Source: Octopus vulgaris
Taxonomy: Eukaryota
NCBI GenBank assembly: GCA_951406725.2
Contig: OX597817.1
Coordinates: 98,332,001 to 98,396,000 of the forward strand
Length of the DNA stretch: 64,000 nt
Direction: 5' to 3'
Each line of letters opens with the position of its first letter. Positions within the stretch are counted from its first letter, which is position 1. Below, one piece after another: positions 28,596 through 41,559 of the stretch. The notes beneath the pieces are model-generated. The model was not told the origin of the DNA. It ran no database searches and was given only the letters and a program-made list of their open reading frames with translations. Made by a program: the position numbers and the translations under genes.

Positions 28596-29076
28596 TTTGT
28601 AAAAAATGAAGTTCGAAAATGCTGCTGTATTATACAATTTTTAATTTTTATATATACATTATAACATGTTTCATTTCCTGAAATGAACCTTATCAAAAAA
28701 AGTTATATATAAAAAAAGACAGCTCATGCCGTCAAACACAAGAAATTCATTTATAATACACAACGGAGTCAGACATCTTAGAGTTCATGTATAGTTGATA
28801 TATAGTTCATGTATAGTTGATATATAGTTTGAAGTATATGTTCAAAGTGTTCGATGCAGTGGCCCACGGTGGCGATACGTATTCAATACAAAAAACAGAT
28901 CAAAGTGGTGGAAAGCGGTCAATACAGAAGATTGATGCTTCCGAAAGAGCGAGGAATTCATTTTTACCTTAAGCAATTGTGATGACCCATGGTGGATGTT
29001 CGCTGGGTGGTTCTAGTGAGTTTTTGTGAAGTGCTCGGTTTTATAATGCCTGTTATGTGGTCAATCCAGCGTAGCG

Positions 29077-29411
29077 TGACGTCATCAACGTTTTGACCAA
29101 TCGTTTCGTTAGGTGGCTTTAGTCAAGTAGAACGGGACGTCATCATTATTTTGACCAATCGCTGCATTATAACTGCCTCTTGTTTGTTTCCTGTTTTGAC
29201 CAGTCGCTTCGTTAGTCAAGCAGAACGGGACGTCATCCAGATTCTGCCCAATCACGACTTATAGCTACATTAGATCTGCCCCCTGTCTGTACTTGTTAGG
29301 TGACTAGTCAAGCAGAAAAGGACGTCATCAATATTCTGACTAATGACTGTCCCCTGTTTGTATCCTGTCCATTCTAGCAGAGCTAGACGTCATCAACTTG
29401 TTGACCAATCA
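29077..29411. promoter_or_regulatory. Five repeats of GACGTCATC-N(10-11)-CCAAT (CRE/ATF + CCAAT-box-like module)
   Basis: gacgtcatc near 29079, 29137, 29229, 29321 and 29386, each followed by ccaatc (ctaat once). Confidence 0.55.
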
Positions 29412-29580
29412 GAATCGGGTCTGACCCTTAGCTGTATCGTATGTATCAGGGTCAGATTTGCACGAAAGAATTTTTTCTCCCTTTTTTACTAAGGCATATT
29501 TCCGTCAGAGTGAGTGTCTGTTTGAAGTAGCGGCCGTGGTGGAATTTTGCTTCTCCTTTTCGGAGGACTTATCTTTTGTT

Positions 29581-31556
29581 TTAGTATTCCTGGCCCAGGG
29601 TGTTTAAACTTGGTCTAAATTTTTTTATGAAATATAGTTCTTTATTTTGGCGTTGTGTGAAGGTTGCGTTGTCACTGAATTTATAGAGCGGGTTAGTTGT
29701 AAATTTCGGATTTACATTTCCAGCACATCTATCTATGTGTCCGCTGACCGGTATTTTGCGGTAATCAGGGTTTCTAATTTGTGATTTATGCACCGCCATC
29801 CTGTTACGTAAGCTATTTTTTGTATGGCCTATATACTGCCTATTGCAGCCTGCGCATGTTATGACGTAAATTAAGTTTTCTGATGCGCAGGTGAAGTTTG
29901 TTCTAATGGTGAACTGGTGGCCTTGTTCCAGTATAAATTCTGATCCTTCTTTCAAGATGACACAGATTCCGCAGTTGGGCCTTCCACATTTTCTAACTGC
30001 TGGTTTTGTGGTTGATGTTGAGTGCAGTGTAGCTTGGGTTAAAATCCTTTTCAAGGATTTTTGTTGCCGTTTACTTTTAATGATGGTGTGTGTTTCGAGG
30101 ATCCGGTTCATCTTTGGGTCTCCCTTTAGTAGGGCTGTGCTTTGTAGTATGGTGTTGAAGGCCTCATGGTTGAGTGGGTTGTGTGTAGAGATGTAGGGAA
30201 GGGTTTTTAATTGTTCTTTCTTTTTTGGTTTTGTTTGTCTGAGGTCTTCTATACTTAATTTAAGTACCCGTTGGATTGCACTGTCTATTAGGGGCTGTGG
30301 ATAGTTTCTATTTGTGAGTGTGGTTCTAAGTTCCTGGAGACGTGTGTGTCGGGTGTTTGTGTCTGATATTATGGTGCAAATCCTTCTAGCTAAACAAAAA
30401 GGGACATTCATTCTAGTGTGTCGTGGGTGGCATGAATCAAAGGGTAGGTACTGTTTAGAGTCTGTCGGTTTATAGTAGATATCTGTCTCTATTTTGTTGC
30501 CGGTTTTCTTAATGAGGATGTCTAAAAATGGTAATTCTTTTTCATTGTGGTCCATCGTGAATTGTATATTGTCATTTATTCCATTTAATAGTATTTTAAA
30601 TTCCTCAAGTTTCTCTATACCTTTGTCCCAGATGATGAAACAGTCATCGAGGTATCTTTTCCAGTTGTTATGGATATAGGTGGCGAAGGTGTTTCCATAT
30701 TTCTCGAGTGTCATCCGGTATAGTATTTTCTCGAGGTATCCCATCACTAGGTTGGCAAAAGATGGTGCAGTACGCGTGCCCATCGCTGTTCCCGATCTTT
30801 GCCTGTAGAAATCATTGTCAAAAATAAAATAATTGTTCTCTAAAATTAATCTAAGTCCTTCTATTATAAGGTCTTTGTTTATGCGAGTTGGGAGTTCAAA
30901 GGGGTAGTTATTCAGCCAGAAGGTGATCGCTTCTATTCCTAGGTTGTGAGGGATGTTAGAATAAAGATTAACTACGTCGAATGATACTAGAAGGGTTTTC
31001 TCATTGACTGTTTTAGAGAGGTGGTTGAGCATATCTATATCGTCTCTTACGTAGCTTTTGATGTGTTTTAGGAAAGGTATAAGAAGTGTGTCTAAGAAAT
31101 TGCTGAGGCGGTGAGTTTCACATGCTGGCCCTGCTATTATCGGTCTTAGTTTAAGATCATTTGGTGAAGGGATTTTGATGAGTGTGTCGGTGGATGTTTT
31201 GCACGTTTCTCTAATGGTTTGGCTTTTGTGTACCTTAGGGATACCATAGAACAAACTCGATTTGCATTTGAAGTTAGTGATGTATTCATACTCCTTGTTC
31301 GTGAGTCCTTCTTGGTATGTGTTGATTAATGTCCTAAGGTTATGCATTATTTTTTGCTGGTTATACTCTTGGGCCCTTTCATAATACGTTTCATCTCTTA
31401 ATAGGGATAGCACTAAATTTTTATAATCGTTTGTATTCATTATTACTATCGCGTTGCCCTTATCTGCCTCCTTAATTGTTATTGTTTTGTCTTCTCTTAG
31501 TTTGATGAGGTCGTTCCATTCTCTTTTGTTGAAGTTAGGGCTGTGTTTTTGTTTCT
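29581..31556 (-). CDS. Penelope RT + Cys-rich linker + GIY-YIG endonuclease (5'-partial, no stops)
   Basis: ADKG (upstream of the annotated Met), [76 protein letters not shown]. Confidence 0.92.
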
Positions 31557-31566
31557 TATATATATG

Positions 31567-31598
<32 letters not shown>

Positions 31599-31632
31599 TG
31601 TATTTATATATATATGTATATATATATATATG

Positions 31633-31664
<32 letters not shown>

Positions 31665-31935
31665 TTTATTTATATATATATATATGTATATATATATGTA
31701 TATATATATATATGTATGTATATATATATATATATATCAACAATTGAGGGTAAAATTAATTAATCAATTTCACCAAGTGTTCAGTATGTAAAAAGACCAT
31801 TGAAGGCGAATTCAAAATATTACATTATATAATTAGGGCTTAGTAAAATAAATTACTTTGCCACATACTGAACTTAGTAGAAATAGCAGCCAAAAAAAAA
31901 TTTTTTTAGCCGTTTCTACTACTTAAAGAAAATTT

Positions 31936-32088
31936 CTCGGCAGGATTTGAATTCAGAACATAATGGTAGACGAAATACAGCTAAGCATTTCAACCGGCAT
32001 GCAAACATTTCTGCCAGCTTGCAGCCCTATTATAATACTATCCATATATAGGAAACCCCAATACTTTTTAACCCAATTTTTGACAAAA

Positions 32089-32124
<36 letters not shown>

Positions 32125-32195
32125 AATATATGAATATATATGTATACATCTATGCATATGTATAAATATATATACATATATACATTTCTATACAT
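31936..32195. repeat. Local duplicate of 34964-35135 + 37446-37522 (SINE head fragment plus flank)
   Basis: Identical ctcggcaggatttgaattcagaac...gacaaaagatgtata; the following segment matches 37446-37522. Confidence 0.88.
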
Positions 32196-32367
32196 ACGTA
32201 TATATATATATATATATATATATGAATATATATGTATACATCTATGCATATGTATAAATATGCCAACAAATTCAAAATGCGCAGGCGTAAACTTCTGCAC
32301 TCCTTTTCCACCAACGTGGTCTATCTAGCAAACACTAAATTACAAAGTAATTTATTTTACTAAGCCC

Positions 32368-32460
<93 letters not shown>

Positions 32461-32497
32461 ATATATATATATGTATGTATATATATATATATGTATG

Positions 32498-32528
<31 letters not shown>

Positions 32529-32551
32529 ATATATATATATGTATGTATGTA

Positions 32552-33841
32552 CGAGGGACGTTCAATTAGTAATACCTCTGACCCACTTGCAGTTGTTTGA
32601 TCTAGCTGACATTTTGCATGTGCAATCATTTATATCTCTATAGAGTAAGTGGCAAATTACAGCTCTGAATTAATTGTGGTTTCTTATTTGCAGGTGTTTG
32701 AACCGAGTCAAGTGTGAAATGGAGCCTGTTGAGTGTCGAGCAGTGATCCGGTTTTTGTATTTGAAAGGACGCACACCACAGGAGACTTTTGATGAAATGA
32801 AAGTAACTTATGGTGATGATGCCACATCATATGACCTTGTAAAACGCTGGCATCGTGAATTCAAACATGGTCGGATCTCTGTGGAAACAGCTCCCAGATC
32901 TGGTCGCCTCTTCTGCCATTGATGAGGCATCTGTCCGTTAAGTTGAGGCTGCCATTTTGGAAGATCGACGCATAACTATTCGCCAAATAGCCCATGAGGT
33001 CAAGATTAGTACCGGGTCTGTGGAAACTACCATTCATGACCATTTGCATATGCAAAAGGTGTCTGCCAGATGGATTCCCAGGTTGCTCACGCCTTTCCAG
33101 AAGCAAGAACGCATCGAGTGCTCGAGGGTGAATTTGGAGATGTGCCAAGAAGATGAGTCAACATTTTTCAAAAGACTGATTACACAGGATGAAACCTGGG
33201 TCCATCACGATGATCCAGACACCAAAGCCCAGTCAATGCAGTGGAAGCACCGTGACTCACCCCCTCCAAAGAAGGCAAGGGTGCAGCCCTCCGCTGGCAA
33301 GGTCATGCTCACGGTCTTCTGGGACCAGGACGGAGTAGTGATGACAGATTTCCTGGCAAAGGGTACCACAATTACAGGAGCCTATTATGCTTCACTTTTG
33401 AGGAAATTAAGAGAAGCTATCAAAATCAAGAGGCGGGGCAAGATCAGCAAAGGCATCCTCCTCCTGCAGGACAACGCTCCGGTCCACAACTCGCTTGTCG
33501 CCAGATCAGAAGCACAGGCGTATGGCTATGAACTCCTCCCCCATCCCCCTACTTTCCTGACCTTGCACCCTCTGATTTTCACCTCCTCCCAGTCATGAAG
33601 TTGTTTTTGAAAGGAAAGCGTTTCCCAGATGATGCAGCCTTGATTTCTGAAGTCACGTTCAGGTTGGAGTACCAAGCTGGGGTCTTCTACAAAAACTGTC
33701 TCCAGAGCTGCATCAAACAATGGGAGAAATGCGTAACTCTGGGTGGTTCCTATGTAGAAAAAGACTAATAACTGTGCCAAGTTTCGTTGCTCTACTGCTA
33801 TGGGAAGTGGGTCAGGGGCATTACTTATTGAACGCCTCTTG
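32552..33841 (+). mobile_element. Mariner (Tc1/mariner) DNA transposon, frameshifted transposase
   Basis: ~33-bp TIRs cgagggacgttcaattagtaat / attacttattgaacgcctcttg with TA flanks; motifs WIPRLL, TQDETW, QDNAPVH. Confidence 0.95.
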
Positions 33842-33915
33842 TATATATATATGTATATATGTATATATATATGTATATATGTATATATATATGTATATAT
33901 GTATATATATATATG

Positions 33916-34000
<85 letters not shown>

Positions 34001-34068
34001 CCTGCTTTATATATGTATGTATGTATATATATATATATATAATAATGATATATATATTTATATATATG

Positions 34069-34340
34069 TCATCATCTTCATCGTTTAACGTCCATTTTCC
34101 ATGCTAGTATGGGTTGGACGGTTCGAGCGGGGCCAGGAGGCTGCACCAGGCTCCAGTCTGATCTGGCAGTGTTTCTACAGCTGGATGCCCTTCCTAACGC
34201 CAACCACTCCGTGAGTGTAGTGGGTGCTTTTTACATGCCACCGGCACAGGTGCCAGGTGAGGCTGGCAACGGCCATAATCGGGTGGTGCTTTTTACGTGC
34301 CACTGGCACTGGTATCACAACTGCAATTTCCATTGATTTT
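34069..34340 (-). mobile_element. RTE 3'-end fragment
   Basis: Matches 9298-9700 with internal deletions. Confidence 0.85.
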
Positions 34341-34457
34341 TTTGATCGATTTCGATATATATATATAGATATTTACGTGTGTATGTGTATATATGTATAT
34401 ATACGTGTGTATTTGTATATATATATGTATATATGTATGTGTGTGTGTATATATATT

Positions 34458-34494
<37 letters not shown>

Positions 34495-34899
34495 ATTATA
34501 TATATTTATATATCAGTGGAACTTCAGTTTATGAAGAATCTTTCAAACACAGAACACCTCTGGTGACCAATGGTGCCTTGAGTAATGAATAAGCAAGCCA
34601 GCAACAGAGATGGCCGATAAGCTGGGTGTATCAAACAGGAAAACATCAGTTACTGTCGAGCTTTCACTCAGGGCACATTCATGCTTGAATCTGCCTTTTC
34701 TTGAATTTCCTATGGGAAAAATAGTTCTGGTATATGAATATTTCCAATGATGAAAAGCATTCAAGAATGAACTGAATTGATAAAACAAAGATCCAGTGTG
34801 TGTGTGTATATATGTGTATATACCGCATTTTATTGTGCATATAGACTCCCTAATTTGGTGGGGGTTTAAAATATGGAAAAAAGGTTTAGAAAGGGATTA

Positions 34900-35055
34900 T
34901 AATACTTATTTCTTTATTGCCCACAAAGAGCTAAAGATAGAGGGGATGAAAGGCAAAGCCGACCTCGGCAGGATTTGAATTCAGAACATAATGGTAGACG
35001 AAATACAGCTAAGCATTTCAACCGGCATGCAAACATTTCTGCCAGCTTGCAGCCC
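34900..35055 (-). mobile_element. tRNA-like SINE head fragment
   Basis: Minus strand: ggctgcaagctggcagaaatgtttgcatgccgg...gttctgaattcaaatcctgccgaggtcggctttgcctttcatcc (A/B-box like). Confidence 0.65.
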
Positions 35056-35132
35056 TATTATAATACTATCCATATATAGGAAACCCCAATACTTTTTAAC
35101 CCAATTTTTGACAAAAGATGTATATATATATA

Positions 35133-35196
<64 letters not shown>

Positions 35197-35198
<2 letters not shown>

Positions 35199-37445
35199 TC
35201 AATAAATGGTGGGGTTGTGTTGACCGCACGTGGAGAAATGATAAGTAAGGAAAAATTTTTTTAAAAATGCAGAATGCTCAAATGAAAGAAAATTTTAATA
35301 AAATGAGAAAATGATAAAATATATAAATATATATATTTATTCAACCGGTTTTCGTCAATGTATGACTTGTCAAGAATATTTATGTTTTAAGAAGTTTTTT
35401 TAAAAATTAGAAAGGGGAAAAAAAGAAAATTGCAATGTTTTTTGTAAAAGAATAATGATAAAAATGTACAAAAATTAAAAAATAAGTTCTCCGATACATT
35501 GTGAGTTCGTTGTGTATCTTGAGTTTTATGGTTGTTTACCAAAAAATTACCTTGAGGTGTTAAGATCCAAAGGGATTAAGAGCATGTGATGTGTTGTGTT
35601 GTTAAATTCAGCATGTTGCAGGACAGGAAGTAGTAGTAATTGTGGTCCTGGTTCTTCAGTTCCTGTGTTGTGAGTAAGGGGAGACAACTCTTTTGAGTTC
35701 TTCAATAAAACCCAAATTATAAAACTATCATTTTAGCTTCATTTGCATTATCTTTTTTATATAATTGCTTGTTAACTTAACTTTCAGATTTTAACACTTT
35801 ATTTATATTATTTTCTAATAATATAAAACTGCATAGACAATTGCATTTCAAATTGTCATATCATTTATAATAAAAATGATAGTAGTAACAACAACAATAG
35901 TGAAAATGATATTTAAAGAATATAAGTTTTAGCTTGAAGTGGTGAATGCATGGTATCTTTATATATTTGTGTTAGTCCATCCATGAAGAGTGAGGTAGAG
36001 AAAGGAAGTTTGATCAACGAGGAGTTTGCATATTAAGTTGTGTTTGGAATTTTTCAATAAAGAGATTCTCCTTGTTAATTCTCTCCTGTGTGGTGATCCC
36101 GTCTTTACATTGGTAGAAGGGGAATATATAGAATTTGGGGTTTAAGTCTTTAGCACATGAGTCTAAGTGGTCACTCAGTGGAATTTGTCGGTATTCCGGG
36201 AGATTTATTTGTTCTTTATGCACCGTTACTCGTTTACGTAACGGGAGACTCGTTTGTCCCACATAATTATGTTGGCAACCAGCGCATGTGAGAACGTAGA
36301 TAAGGTTCTCGGAGGAACAGGAGAAGTTAGTCTTGATTTTAAACTTCGTACCTTGTTTGAAGGTAAATTCAGAGCCTTCAAGTAGAAAGGGAAAGGTACC
36401 ACAGTTTGAGCGTGCACATTTTTTTACTGTTGGGGGTGGATGTGGTGTGTGAAGTTTGGCATTTGTCAAGAGTTTTTTTAAAGATTTGTGTTGCCTTTTG
36501 CATTTGAGGATTTTGTGTGTATTTATAATGTTTTTCATTTTTGGGTCTGTTGACAGTAGACTGAGGTTTTGTATGCTTCGATATTTTTGGGGTTGTGGGT
36601 GGAAATGTATGGAAGTATTTTGAGGTTGTGTGTGGTGTTAGGTTGGGTGGTTCTCAGTGTAGTGTTGTCTAGTTCTTTGGCGCGTTTTATTCCATACTCT
36701 ATAAGGGTGGAGGGATATTGACGTTGTAATAGTGTTTTTTTGAGGTCTTGAAGGCGTATTTCTCGTGTTTTTGGATCCGAGACAATGGTGCATACCCTTT
36801 TAGCTAAATTGAAAGGGATATTTGTCTTGGTGTGTTTTGGGTGGCATGAACTAAAGAGGAGGTATTGTTGTGAGTCTGTAGGTTTGTGGTAGATGTCTGT
36901 TATGATTTGGTTCTCAGGTGTTTTTATAATTAGGAGATCAAGGAATGGGAGATGATGTTTGCTTAATTCCATAGTGAATTGGATGTTGGGATGTATGTTG
37001 TTTAGTATGGTTTTGAATTCCAGGAGTTTTTCATAAGGTTCTTTCCATATGATGAAACAATCATCTAAATACCTTTTCCAGTTTTCCATTAGGTAGGTGT
37101 GGAAAACATGTCCAAATTTCTGGCTTGATATTTCATAGAGTGACAGTTCGAAGTAACCCATTATGAGGTTCGCAAGGACTGGTGCAGCCTTGGTACCCAT
37201 CGCAATGCCACATTTTTGACGGTAGTGTGTGTCGTCGAAGAGAAAAAAATTGTTTGTCAGAATGAACTTAAGAGATTCTGTAATAAAAGACTTGTTAATG
37301 CGGTCAGGGAATGTCTCTGGGTGTTTTTCTAGCCAGAAGTCAATTACCTCTACACCAACATTCCACATGAGTATGGTATAGAGGCAATTGACTTCTGGCT
37401 AGAAAAACACCCAGAGACATTCCCTGACCGCATTAACAAATCTTT
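35197..37445 (-). mobile_element. Penelope-like element (Neptune-like), 5'-truncated with short 5' inversion
   Basis: ORFs 36535-37368 (GIAMG, RYLDDCF, SCHP) and 36014-36538 (NLIYVLTCAGCQHNYVGQT). 37374-37445 is the inverse of 37287-37358. Confidence 0.92.
35338..35378 (-). ncRNA. Minimal hammerhead, U3:A8 variant
   Basis: Minus strand: tattc TTGACAA gtca tacat tgac GAA(A) accggT T gaata; one extra A. Confidence 0.68.
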
Positions 37446-37521
37446 GAATATATATGTATATATATATATGTATACATCTATGCATATGTATAAATATATA
37501 TACATATATACATTTCTATAC

Positions 37522-37603
<82 letters not shown>

Positions 37604-40600
37604 GATATTTATATAATGTTTATATATAAAATCCTTAAAAATGTTTCAGTCCGAAGGCTGCGGCCATGCTGGGGCACCACTGCTGAATGAGCTACACTAA
37701 TATGTGAATCCACCTCTGATACGTGGCACTTGGTCAACAAGGGAGTTCGATGCCGCTGCCTGCATCTGTGTCTCCTGTCGTGAGGTAGGTTCATCTGGGA
37801 CCCTCGACAAGAAGAGATCCAGTTTAGTTTTAAAGAAACCCACATCCACACCATGCAAGTCTCTCAGGCATTTAGGGAGGATGTTAAAGAGCTGTGGTCC
37901 TCTGAAACCCAAGCTGTTGCAGTATCTGGACCTGTATTTTGATGGTGATGTTGGAATCCTTGGCACCATGTAGTAGCGCCCCGTTCTGCGGTTGGAGTAA
38001 CTTTGAATGCCAAAGTTTGGGACAAGACCCTCCAGGATTTTCCAGATGTATATCACCGCACATCTCTCCCGTCTCCGCTCTAGGGAGAAGAGGTTTAATA
38101 CCTTCAGTCTTTCCCAGTTGCTGATATTTTGCATTGAGACGATTTTCTTTGTGTAGCTACTCTGAATTGCTTCGAGTTCTGCTGTTTGCTTTATATTGTG
38201 TGGTGACCAAAGTTGGGAGCAGTAGTCCAAGCGGCTGAGGACGAATGTTTTCCATAGGACCATCAGTGTCTCCTTCTCTCTTGTTCTGAAAGTTCGGAGA
38301 ATCCATCCAGCTAGCCGTCTGCATTTTATCACCAGATTAGCAATATGCATTTGGAAAGATGCATCATTGCTCATGTCAATGCCCATGTCACGCACTGATT
38401 TTGACTCAGGGATTGCAATTCTTCCTGGGCCAGTGTATTCAGTCTGCATGCCGTTTACCTTTGTGTGCCAGTAGCTCAGAGCCTGGAACTTACCTGCATT
38501 AAACTGCATATTGTTGTCCTCAGCCCACCTGTATATTGTATCCAACTCCTGTTGCAGATGTGCAATATTTCCAGGGTTTAGTATTGTGTGGGAGACTTTT
38601 GTGTCATCTGCATAGCTAGCAAGGGTGGCCATCTTAGCAACTGAGGGCATGTTTGAAAGGGCCACTATGAACAGCAGTGGCCCCAAGACAGTGCCCTGTG
38701 GAACACCGCTTGTTATTTGTGTTTCCTTGGAGGTGGCTCCATTGGTCAAAACTGCCTGCCTTCTATGTTTTATGAAGTTGTGCAGCCACTCTCCAAGTTT
38801 TCCGCCTATGCCGAGACCACGCAGTTTGTAACAAATCATACTGTGGTCGACTTTATCAAAGGCTTTTGCAAAGTCGAGATATATCACATCCACATTTTAG
38901 CCATTTAATAGCTGTTTTAACACCCAGTCATAGTGTTGCAGGAGCTGTGTTAGGCAGCTTCTACCTGGTCGAAATCCATGCTGAGTGTCAGTCAGCAAGT
39001 CATCTTCTTCAAGGAACATGATAATTTTCTTGCGGACTATTCGTTCCATGACTTTGCTGATGTATGAGGTCAGAGAGATAAGCCTATAATTTTTAGCATC
39101 TGCTCTGCTACCTTCCTTATGGATAGGGCATATTACCCCCTCTTTCAATTTGACTGGGAGCTTACCACTTGCAAGAAAGCTCTGAAAATGAAACTGTAGC
39201 GGTTTTGCAAGGGCTCGCTTGCACGGTTTTAGAAGGATCGCTGGAATCCATCAGGTCCAGCAGCTGAGTTTGTGTCAATCTCATCTATGGTCAGTGTGAT
39301 ATCATCATCTTCAATGTTGATGTACTCAATTTTTGCCTCTTTGGCCGGAGGTAAAGTGGCAAAGAATTCTTCTGGGTTGTTTACTTGCCAGTGTCCTAGA
39401 GGTGTAGTGAACGCACTTTGGAACTGTTCGTTCAGTATTTCACTTATCCTCGTGGGATTTTCTGTGAGAGAGTCATCTTTTTGGAAGAGGGGTCCTATTC
39501 TCTGGTGCACTGTGACTGTCTCTTTGGCAAACTTAAAGAAATCTTTAGGGTTTGACTTTATATATTCTATTACCCAAGCTTCTTTATCTGCTCTCTCCTT
39601 TTCATGAGACTGATGCAGACTTTTCTCAATTTCCACTTGCATTCTCTCGAGCCGAGACTTCTCACCACTTTTGGTGGGCTTGCTCAGGCGGTTCGCAATC
39701 CTTGTCCGTCGTTTCATAAGAATCTTCCTTTCTCTAGGGATCCTGTTTTTGTTTTTGTGTGTGCTGGCCCTGCACACAGGGACATATTTGTCACATATGG
39801 CGTGTATTATAGACATGAAATGTTTGTGTTTCATGTTAATGTCCGGTGTGGAGAGACATTTAGGCCAATCCTGTTTGAGGATCTCTTTCTAAATCAACTT
39901 CCAGTTTGCTTTATGAAAGTTTAAGTTGGAGAGATGGTGGATGCTTCGTATAGGCTGTGTGTCTGCGGGGGCTTTTGATCCATATATAGACAGCTCTATT
40001 ATGTTGTGATCCGAGATCATTATCGGCATCACTTTAACATTATGGATAATATCCATATTGTTTGTGAAGCAGAGATCTAGTATATTATCTGCCCTTGTTG
40101 GTTGCAGAACTATTTGCTCCATGAAAGAGGCATTTGTGAGATGAAGCTGGGACCCTGCCTGTTTCTGCTGATGGTGTGTCATCCCTGGGAGCATCTGCCC
40201 CCTCCCAGGCCATTCCACATTGGGGAAGTTAAAGTCACCCATGAAGAATACACTGTTGTGTTGTTCAAGGTTGGTGAAGACTTCTCATATTTTTGTTAGG
40301 CAGTCTTCAAACATGCCTGAGTGATTTGGGGCATCTGGTGGGCGATATGTAGTACATATGACGATATTCAGTTGTCTTATGTGTACAATTTGAGTGTCAC
40401 ACACTGAGTTTGAATATGACAGCAGGACCTGGGGCGTGAGATCATCTCGGATGTACATTGCAACTCCACCATGGCTCCTCCCTTTTCTATCTGAGTGTAT
40501 GACTGCATATTGCCGAATGTGTATTTCTGCATCCCCCATATCGGGTCCAAGATACGTATCTGTGAGTGCCATGCATATAGCTTGATTGCATATCACAAGG

Positions 40601-41559
40601 TCTCTCAGGAATGAGATTTTCCTTTTACAGTTGCCGTGAAGCAGCCCTCTTACGTTCAGTAGAAATATTTTTGTGGTGTGTGTGTTGGTGTCTGTGGTGG
40701 CCATCCTGCATCTGTTGGTGGTGCCTTATGTGGTGGTAGTTCCAGCTTTGTGCTTGTAGCCAGGTCAGCTGCTGAACATTTTTTTGTGCCATGCACAAAA
40801 AAGATTGCTGTTCAGCTGCTGACCTTCACACATCTGGGTGAAGCTGGCCATTTGTTGGGCTACCGCGCAATACACCCGCATATCGTCTTTCAGGAGTGGT
40901 CAGTGCGCCATTTTCCTTCCTTTATATTTTTCTTTATCTTTTTGTTCTCCCCGTGGGAGGGATTTTTGTCTTGTGTCCATGCGGTTTTGGCAAGGCCTCT
41001 CATGAGCAAAACGACAGTTTGCACCTTCGACGCCATGCCAGCAGTCTCCCGTCAGGTAGAATTTGCAGATGTTTCTGGTTTTGCCCTCATAGTTCTTGCT
41101 GGGGTTCTTCTGTTTTTTCTGAACAGTGTTTGTTTTAGATTTCTTGTCTTTTACTTCTTGTTTTCCATCAATTTTAGGGTGCTTTCCTTTTTGCGGCCAT
41201 CGCACCTCTTTGGTCTTCAGTTGTGTTGGGAACTGGACATATGCCATTGTTTCCCTTTGTTCTAGGTTTCTCGGTTGTGTCTTTTGTTGGGTCCTGGATG
41301 TTTTCTCCATTCTTTTGGTCTTCCTTGGTGAAGTCACCCCTAGGAGTGTCCATGTGTTGCCTGATTAGAGCGTATGAACGGAGGAATTCTCGTTTCTTTC
41401 GCTTTATCTGGGTTGTGGTCCTCGAAAAATCATTGCTCTTTAGCGCCGCTGCAATGATATTGTTTGGCGAGTCCCCCTCGGCAATCTTCCAGGCGTGGAC
41501 GAACAATTGCAACTCCCTCGCAGACCAGTTCTTTGACATTTTTTCCTGAGAGTGAAATA

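Larger units (their letters stand above)
28596..31556 (-). mobile_element. Penelope-like element (Neptune-like), 5'-truncated, ~1-kb 3' UTR/pLTR
   Basis: Uninterrupted RT + GIY-YIG ORF, flanked by TA arrays. Confidence 0.92.

Noticed and set aside
34515-34795. Unique island with weak HTH-like translation (EMADKLGVS)
   Set aside because: Too short and stop-ridden to assign as a transposase remnant or host exon.
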